Origin: an uncultured Methanosarcinales archaeon
Lineage (GTDB): Archaea; Nanobdellota; Nanobdellia; Woesearchaeales; DATDXC01
Length of the DNA: 64,000 bases
Assembly (NCBI GenBank): GCA_964510025.1
Contig: CAZDZV010000003.1
Coordinates: 62,001-126,000, forward strand
Reading direction: 5' to 3'
A program made the position numbers and the translations under genes. Under the pieces are notes generated by a model. The model worked only from the letters and a program-made list of their open reading frames with translations. It was not told the origin of the DNA and did no database searches. Of the stretch, positions 57,711-64,000 are shown one piece after another (the stretch's first letter is position 1; each line of letters begins with the position of its first letter).

Positions 57711-59902
57711 TTTTCAATCTTCTCGATATATTTGCATTTAGGGAAGCTAGAGCATCCATAGAAGCTGCCATAGATTGATTTTCTTAAAACCAATTTACCT
57801 TCTTTGCACTTCGGACACTCCTTTTCTATCTCTCCTTTAGCGACAGCTTTAGCCTCTTTGCCCGCTTTTCCTTCTACATACTTTGTTTTGCATTTAGGAT
57901 TTAGGCAGAACTCATTTACCGATTTTTTCTTTACTTGTTTTACAATAGGATATCCGCAAACATCACATTTTTTTTCTGTGGATTTGATATTAGCTGCTTT
58001 CGGCAAGGAGATTGTCGTCTTACATTCTGGATAGTTGGAGCATGCAGCAAAAGCGCCATATTTGCCCTTCCTTTTCATAAGGGTACCTTTTTTGCAATTT
58101 GGGCATTCCCCTAGTGTATTCATGCTGTCTTTTGCTTCCCAATGAGCCTGCTTAAGGCTCTCACCAACCTTTTTTTCATGCTTTCTGAAGTCTTTGATTA
58201 CATCTACTATCTCATCCTTTGCTTTTTTGAGAACGGCTGTCTTATCTGTTTTCTTTTCCCTTATCTTTTCCATCTCTTCTTCAAAATTCCTTGTCAACGC
58301 TTCATCTACAATCTTAGGCACATATTTTTCAAGCGTATCTATAGTATTTATCCCAAGCTTTGTAGCTTCAATTGACTTGGATCCGAAGATATAATGTCTT
58401 TGGAAAAGCGTATCGATTATCTGAGCTCGGGTAGCTTTTGTACCAAGATTACGCTTTTCAAGCTCTTTGATAATAGAAGCGGGGGTATATCTTTTTGGGG
58501 GCTGGGTTTCCTTGTCATGAATTTTTATTTTGTTGATTTTAACAGGATCATCTTTTTTTACTTTCGGGAGCTCCTCTTCCTTAAGCTTCACATAGTCCCC
58601 GTAATACAAAAACCATCCCCTTTCCAGGGTCCTGGTACCTTTTGCGACGAAGGTTTCATCTCTTACATCTATATTTATTTTCATAGTCTCTCTTTTTGCA
58701 GGTTCACCAAACGTTGCCATAAATCTGCGTACTATCAGATCATATATCTTCTTTTCTCTGCCTTCAAGGTTAGGGATAATGCCAGTAGGATAAATAGCCG
58801 GGTGAGCAGCATCGGTCTTCTTGCCGTTGTTTGGCTGCAGCCTGGTCTTGAGCAGCATATTGCAAAGCCCTTGATATGTAGGTTGCTTGGCCAGGAGCGA
58901 GAGTATCTTAGAATACCCTATCTTTGCCGGCAGCTGATTTGAAGAGGTCCTTGGATAGGATATGTATCCTGCAGTGTAAAGTTCCTGCGCTATTGATAGG
59001 GTCTGTTTTGGCTGGATCTTAAATACCCTGTAAGCTTCAACCTGCATGGAGGTGAGGTCAAAAGGATTGGGCGGGCTTTGGTTAAACTGCTTTCTCTCTA
59101 CTGTTGCGACTTTTCCAGTTTTTTCGCCTTTTACCTTATCCATAACCTTATCAGCTTCTTTTTTATCCCAGAACTTGTCTTGAACATGCCAGGCAATTAT
59201 GCTTCCCTGGTTGACAGAACCATCCAGCTCAATTTGCCAAAAAGGAACAGGCTTAAAGGAGCTAATCTCTTTTTCCTTTTCCACTATAATCTTGAGTGCG
59301 GGCCCCTGCACCCGGCCTATGCTCAATATCTTAAAGCCCCCGGTTGTCTTGTATGCTTCAGTCAGTGCCCGACTGTAGTTGATTCCATTGTACCAATCGA
59401 GAAAGTGCCTGGTCTCACCCGCGTTTGCCTGTCCCCAGTCCAGTGTACTGGACTTATTTTCATATGCTTCTACAAGATCATCCTTTGTCAAGGTAGAAAA
59501 TTTCATTCTTGAAGCATCCTGCCTTTTGCATGCATATTTGATGACATTCAAACCTATAACCTCACCCTCTATATCATAGTCCGTGGCGACAGTGAATTCC
59601 CCTGCGTCCTTGCAAAGCTTTTTTATCGCCTGCAAGTACTTCTTTGAGTAGTCAGACCTTTTTTTCCTATATGAAGGCTGCCATTGTATGTCAAATACCG
59701 GAAATTTCCAGGATGATTCTTTTTGGTCAAGGCCATAGAGATGGCCTACAGCACAAGCTACCACTATATCCTTATCTTTACGTGTTATCCTGTAGTAGGG
59801 CGCTCCGAAAAGGTTCTCTTTTATCGGCTTACCCTCAGCTAAAGCATCAGCTATCTTTTTTGCAGCTGCAGGCTTTTCAGTTATTATTAGCTCATATGCC
59901 AT
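57707..59902 (-). CDS. topA: DNA topoisomerase IA
   Basis: ITEKP, VGHL, ATDYDIEGE, SIGRVQ, ISYPRT, AHPAI, LGTKATR, C-terminal Zn ribbons. Confidence 0.95.
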   Translation of the reverse strand: MAYELIITEKPAAAKKIADALAEGKPIKENLFGAPYYRITRKDKDIVVACAVGHLYGLDQKESSWKFPVFDIQWQPSYRKKRSDYSKKYLQAIKKLCKDAGEFTVATDYDIEGEVIGLNVIKYACKRQDASRMKFSTLTKDDLVEAYENKSSTLDWGQANAGETRHFLDWYNGINYSRALTEAYKTTGGFKILSIGRVQGPALKIIVEKEKEISSFKPVPFWQIELDGSVNQGSIIAWHVQDKFWDKKEADKVMDKVKGEKTGKVATVERKQFNQSPPNPFDLTSMQVEAYRVFKIQPKQTLSIAQELYTAGYISYPRTSSNQLPAKIGYSKILSLLAKQPTYQGLCNMLLKTRLQPNNGKKTDAAHPAIYPTGIIPNLEGREKKIYDLIVRRFMATFGEPAKRETMKINIDVRDETFVAKGTRTLERGWFLYYGDYVKLKEEELPKVKKDDPVKINKIKIHDKETQPPKRYTPASIIKELEKRNLGTKATRAQIIDTLFQRHYIFGSKSIEATKLGINTIDTLEKYVPKIVDEALTRNFEEEMEKIREKKTDKTAVLKKAKDEIVDVIKDFRKHEKKVGESLKQAHWEAKDSMNTLGECPNCKKGTLMKRKGKYGAFAACSNYPECKTTISLPKAANIKSTEKKCDVCGYPIVKQVKKKSVNEFCLNPKCKTKYVEGKAGKEAKAVAKGEIEKECPKCKEGKLVLRKSIYGSFYGCSSFPKCKYIEKIEK

Positions 59903-59970
59903 TTTTTCGTCGTGAAAATTATTCCTACCAATAAGCTAAATGTAACATTCTATAAAAATATATCGGAAAA

Positions 59971-60240
59971 CTACAGTTTCTTATACTCTTCTCTTTTCTG
60001 ATCGTGCTTTTTTGGCAACATACCATACCAATCCAGAAATTTTTCCTTTATTCTTGCCAATATATTTTCTTTTTTTACAGGAATAGGCTCCTCATCACGG
60101 GATTCCTCTGAATCCTGATATGTTTCCGTAACATATTCCGGTTTTATTTCTTCGGAATCATCTATTTGCTCAATTGCCCCTTCAGCGTCCTGCAAGTCGC
60201 TGTGCTTTTCGATCTCTTTCTCCAAGTCACCTTTTTTCAT
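59971..60240 (-). CDS. Small acidic hypothetical protein
   Basis: 89-aa ORF starting 3 nt after the nadX stop, same strand. Confidence 0.55.
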   Translation of the reverse strand: MKKGDLEKEIEKHSDLQDAEGAIEQIDDSEEIKPEYVTETYQDSEESRDEEPIPVKKENILARIKEKFLDWYGMLPKKHDQKREEYKKL

Positions 60241-60243
60241 GAT

Positions 60244-61035
60244 TCAGTTTCCTATCTTTATATTGCCCACTAGCCGTTTAAGGGTAGCACAAGCGCTTAG
60301 GACAGCCATATGCGATGTCTTTGGATTTAGCGGAGATTTTATGTTTTCGGTAATGGTAGTCAGCTTTCCGAAAGTGCCAACAACCTCTATTTTATGGGTG
60401 TTTGTTTTTATATTGGGATCGACGACTATCTCTACACGGGTTTTGGAGGCGCCAATCCCTGCCAGGCTCAATATAGCTGATACATTGATATTTTTTGGGA
60501 ATGCTTTTGTCGCTTCCAACGCTGTTCCCGTAAAAATGACTTTTGCTTTTTTTATTTTTTTCAGGTCTATTTTGTTCTCTCTAATATATGGGGCGCCTAA
60601 AAGGCTAAGGGGGGCTTTTGTCGTGGTGATCTTTGCTGAAGTGATCTGCTCGATATTTGCGGCCTTTACCCCATCGATCCCGCACACCGCCCCTGATGGG
60701 ATGAACAAGCGCGCTGTAAGCTTAGGGAGCAGGTCCATATTAGGCAATAATCCCCCAACACTCATCACCATCAGATGTTTTTTAAGATCAATGCACTTCC
60801 TTAAGATATCAGCTACCATATCAGGAGCTGCAGCTTCAATTATGAGATCGCTGCTTTCTATCAGAGAGCCATATCCCATAACAGCCGGTCTGCTCCGCAG
60901 ACTATTTGACAACTGCTCTGCTTTTTGTACGTCAATATCACACAAAGCGACAAGCTTGTTGTCTTCCAGTTTCTCATCTATAAATCCAGCTAATAAAGAT
61001 CCGATCGCACCGCAGCCAATTATGCCTATCTTCAT
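60244..61035 (-). CDS. nadX: L-aspartate dehydrogenase
   Basis: GCGAIG, IEAA, SVGGL, PSGAVCGID, FPKNINV, NPKTS; within nad cluster. Confidence 0.9.
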   Translation of the reverse strand: MKIGIIGCGAIGSLLAGFIDEKLEDNKLVALCDIDVQKAEQLSNSLRSRPAVMGYGSLIESSDLIIEAAAPDMVADILRKCIDLKKHLMVMSVGGLLPNMDLLPKLTARLFIPSGAVCGIDGVKAANIEQITSAKITTTKAPLSLLGAPYIRENKIDLKKIKKAKVIFTGTALEATKAFPKNINVSAILSLAGIGASKTRVEIVVDPNIKTNTHKIEVVGTFGKLTTITENIKSPLNPKTSHMAVLSACATLKRLVGNIKIGN

Positions 61036-61961
61036 GTTATCTTCAGCTTGATGTCTAATGATCTTTGGGCCGTAGTGAGGTAACCCATGGAAACGACGTC
61101 CACGCCTGTTTTTGCATACTGATGTATATTGTCCGGAGTGATACCTCCGGAAGCCTCAATCAGGACATGGTCGAAAAGGCCCAGTTTTTTTAATCGTCTT
61201 ATTATCTTCTTTATTTTCGCAGGCGCCATATTGTCAAGCATTATCAGGCAGGGAGTGCTTCTTATATCCAGCTGGCTGAATTTTTTTGCTGCTTCTATTG
61301 CCTGAGCCTCATCAGTAACTTCAATCTCTATAAATATTCCCTTCTTCCTGTTTTTCCAGGCCCTTTCGATGGCTGTCTCTATGATATCAGCTGTTTCCTT
61401 GCTCAGTGCTGTGAGATGGTTGTCCTTGATGAGGATGGATTCCCATAATGCCAGGCGGTGCGTAAGCCCCCCTCCTATGTATACGGCCTTTTTGTCAAGA
61501 TAGCGCCACTGTGTCTTTCTTGTCGGGGCTATGGCAACCCTATTTTTTTTGATTAAAGTGTCAGTCAATGTTGCAATACCAGACATTCTTGAAAGTATAT
61601 CCAGAACTGATCTTTCCAATTTTAGGATGTTTTTTTCATTTCCCTCTATCCTAAGTATTTGCGTGCCTTTCTTCATTTTTGAGCCATCTTTTTTTAATTG
61701 CTTTATCTTTATTTTATAGTTTTTTAACAATAATGAAACTTCTTCAATGCCTGCGATGATGCCCTCTGACCTTGAGTAGACCGCTGCCTTTACTTTTTTT
61801 CCGTTTCTTAACACGCTGTTTGAGGTGATGTCTCCCTTTCCAATGTCCCCTTTTGTCTCTTCAATTATGAATTTTGTGATCCAGTCTTTGTAGAAGCGGT
61901 TCTTCAATGTCAGGAGATGGCCCCTCTGGAATGCCTTGTTCAGCATATGTTTCCTGTTCAT
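61032..61961 (-). CDS. nadC: Quinolinate phosphoribosyltransferase
   Basis: GDITS, MSGIAT, TRKT, HR, LIKDNH, EIEV, MLDN, EASGGI, DVVSMG. Confidence 0.92.
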   Translation of the reverse strand: MNRKHMLNKAFQRGHLLTLKNRFYKDWITKFIIEETKGDIGKGDITSNSVLRNGKKVKAAVYSRSEGIIAGIEEVSLLLKNYKIKIKQLKKDGSKMKKGTQILRIEGNEKNILKLERSVLDILSRMSGIATLTDTLIKKNRVAIAPTRKTQWRYLDKKAVYIGGGLTHRLALWESILIKDNHLTALSKETADIIETAIERAWKNRKKGIFIEIEVTDEAQAIEAAKKFSQLDIRSTPCLIMLDNMAPAKIKKIIRRLKKLGLFDHVLIEASGGITPDNIHQYAKTGVDVVSMGYLTTAQRSLDIKLKIT

Positions 61962-62001
61962 CGAGCAGCTTAATAGAAAAATATTTTTAAAGGTTTGGTT
62001 T

Positions 62002-62769
62002 TTAATGCCTTTGTACTGAAACTATGGGTCTTGCTGCATTTACTTGGGAAGCTTGCAGTACTTCCTGCCTTGATCTATGTCTCCAGTCATGGTATACTGG
62101 ATTATCTGGCCCGTGTGCACTTGGTTTTTCTAATCCAGGCGGTGTCCACTTGGGCACATATTTGGGGTCAACAAGTATGCTCAGGTGTGCCTCTGCCCGG
62201 CGTACCGGGGGTATGTAGCTGCTCAAATTAGCTGCAAAGTGATGCTCGTTTACTCTATGGGGGTCTCCAGTCTCAACCTTTGCATTTGGATAGAATATCA
62301 GATAAAATCCTTCCTGTTCTTTACCGGGATAGTATGCATTCACCAGCACAGCTTCCTGGTAACCGTTTTTTACCGGACCCAAGGCACGGTGCCTAAGCAG
62401 CACAGGATTAACCAATCTTCTTGCCTCTCCAGGCCTTATATGGAAAGCCATATACTCAAAAGCAGATGGCAGCTCAGCCTCTAAGCCGGCTAAGGAAATA
62501 CGCCTTTTTTCAGTATCAATTTCAAGAATGTCATCTATGCCTTCTGACCTATTGTCACGCCATTGAACCAGGATCGGGTCCAACTCCTTTTCGAACTGAA
62601 TACGATACTCGTGTATATCGCTTAGCGAGGTGTTTATCTTGTGTGGGGTCCCCATAGCCTTTTCTTTGGCCATGTGGTTCTCTATCCTAGGCCATAAATA
62701 CAGATATCCTACTCCAATTAAGCCCACTGCTGCAGCGGCAACAGCAGCCCAATAGGGTTTTTCTGTCAT
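62002..62769 (-). CDS. Hypothetical protein with N-terminal TM anchor
   Basis: 255-aa ORF with TATA-like CATTTAAATA upstream; hydrophobic N-terminus. Confidence 0.6.
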   Translation of the reverse strand: MTEKPYWAAVAAAAVGLIGVGYLYLWPRIENHMAKEKAMGTPHKINTSLSDIHEYRIQFEKELDPILVQWRDNRSEGIDDILEIDTEKRRISLAGLEAELPSAFEYMAFHIRPGEARRLVNPVLLRHRALGPVKNGYQEAVLVNAYYPGKEQEGFYLIFYPNAKVETGDPHRVNEHHFAANLSSYIPPVRRAEAHLSILVDPKYVPKWTPPGLEKPSAHGPDNPVYHDWRHRSRQEVLQASQVNAARPIVSVQRH

Positions 62770-62801
62770 GACCTTAGAAATTAAGCTGCGTATTTAAATG
62801 T

Positions 62802-63722
62802 TTAGGAAACATCCAACATCCTTTGCAAAGCTTTTCTTGCCTTGTCCATTACGTCCTTATCTATCTCTATCCGGTACTGCTCTTTGGCCAGGCTGTCGTA
62901 TACTTTCTGCATTGTTATCTTTTTCATCTGGACGCAAGTCTTGGGCAAGGGATAGAAGTTCTTATCCAGCACCTCAAGCTTAAGCCTGTGGGCCATGCCG
63001 CATTCTGTGGCTACAATAAATTCTCTGGCATTGCTCTGTTTTGCATGCTTAATCATCTGGGAAGTGGAACAGACAGCATCTGACAGGGCCAGTACCTCCA
63101 TAGTGCATTCGGGGTGGGCCATGACCTCTGCTTTTGGATGGGCTTTTTTTGCCTCAGTTATCTCTTCAGGAAGGATCTTATCGTGGACATAGCAGTAGCC
63201 TTCCAAAGGGATTATCTTCTTGTCAGTCTGCGTCTGGGTGTAGGCAGCAAGATTTTTGTCAGGCGTAAATATTACCTGGTCCTGTTCCAGGGAATTGACA
63301 ACCTTAACTGAATTGGCGGATGTGCAGCATATGTCTGAAACAGCCTTTACATCAGATGTCGTGTTTATGTAGCTGACAACAGCTGCTTTTGGAAATTTTT
63401 TTTTGTATTCAAGAACCTGTTCTGCAGTTACCATGTTGGCCATAGGACACATAGCCATCTTATCTGGATGCAATACCAATTTATCCGGATTAAGGATTTT
63501 CGCAGCCTCTGACATGAAGTCAACTCCGCAGAAAACAATGATGTCTGCATCAGTATTGGCTGCTTTCTTGGCGAGCTCTAATGAGTCCCCCAAAAAATCT
63601 GCAACTTCATAGATCTCCGGACGCTGGTAGTTATGGACAAGAATGACTGCATTCTTTTCTTTTTTCAGAATGTTTATATTTTCAATCAAGCGCTCCATGT
63701 AAGTTGTAGATTTCAGAGTCAT
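62802..63722 (-). CDS. nadA: Quinolinate synthase
   Basis: HNYQRPE, GDSLEL, FCGVDFM, CPMA, YINT, CCTSAN, CYVH, AHPEC, CVQMK. Confidence 0.95.
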   Translation of the reverse strand: MTLKSTTYMERLIENINILKKEKNAVILVHNYQRPEIYEVADFLGDSLELAKKAANTDADIIVFCGVDFMSEAAKILNPDKLVLHPDKMAMCPMANMVTAEQVLEYKKKFPKAAVVSYINTTSDVKAVSDICCTSANSVKVVNSLEQDQVIFTPDKNLAAYTQTQTDKKIIPLEGYCYVHDKILPEEITEAKKAHPKAEVMAHPECTMEVLALSDAVCSTSQMIKHAKQSNAREFIVATECGMAHRLKLEVLDKNFYPLPKTCVQMKKITMQKVYDSLAKEQYRIEIDKDVMDKARKALQRMLDVS

Positions 63723-63781
63723 ATAAAAAACTTTAGTTTCAAAGCAATAAAGTTAAAAATATTGTTGAATTAGTACTGGCT

Positions 63782-64000
63782 ATGGACAAAATTGACAGAA
63801 TAATAAATGTTCTGAAAATGAATATCGGTCAGCACGGCAGCTTTGCGAAGATTGATGGGGCCAGACCAGTTAAGATATCCAGGCAAAATTTTCATAGTAT
63901 ATCGGATAATGCAAGCGAGAGAAAAATTGCTTTTGTCGATGGAGGGAATGCAGAGATACTAGGGGCTGCAAATTTTTCCCTGCAGCTAATCAGAACATAC
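63782..64000 (+). CDS. nurA: NurA-family nuclease (5' part, runs off the window)
   Basis: MDKIDRIINVLK...KIAFVDGGNAEIL..NFSLQLIR, open to the window end; VDGG matches the NurA first catalytic motif. Confidence 0.6.
   Translation, partial: MDKIDRIINVLKMNIGQHGSFAKIDGARPVKISRQNFHSISDNASERKIAFVDGGNAEILGAANFSLQLIRTY

Noticed and set aside
60239..61051. 270-aa + strand ORF
   Set aside because: Antisense shadow of the well-supported nadX; no motifs

Overview
Chromosomal segment of an archaeon, most likely DPANN (Woesearchaeota-like). Support: STT3/AglB, PGF-pre-PGF proteins, geranylgeranyl-reductase family gene, intron-containing tRNA-Trp, NurA, Lrp/AsnC and repeated BRE-TATA promoters; the lineage call is inference. 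About 1-30 kb is a glycan island: ADP-heptose pathway plus GT9, a flippase, a Neisseria-type neuA/neuB/neuC set interleaved with a B12 radical SAM enzyme, an acetamidino module (amidotransferase plus HisF-HisH fusion), two nucleotidyltransferase-kinase fusions, GT4s (one circularly permuted), methyl- and acetyltransferases, GT2/DUF2304 and an AglB with a C-terminal FKBP domain. About 30-48.6 kb encodes surface proteins, including a putative S-layer protein and two sequon-dense paralogous glycoproteins; there is a 100-N gap at 32647-32746. About 48.6-64 kb is housekeeping/metabolism: ahcY, Lrp, yggS, PfkB kinase, AlaDH-fold enzyme, GNAT, ATP-grasp, PLD, S16 protease, topA, nadX/nadC/nadA and a partial nurA. 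No CRISPR array, transposase, integrase or rRNA was seen. The best candidate for an undescribed system is a co-located make/modify/transfer/fold surface-glycosylation machine building a modified sialic-acid- and heptose-containing glycan. All family calls are by eye from motifs, not database searches.
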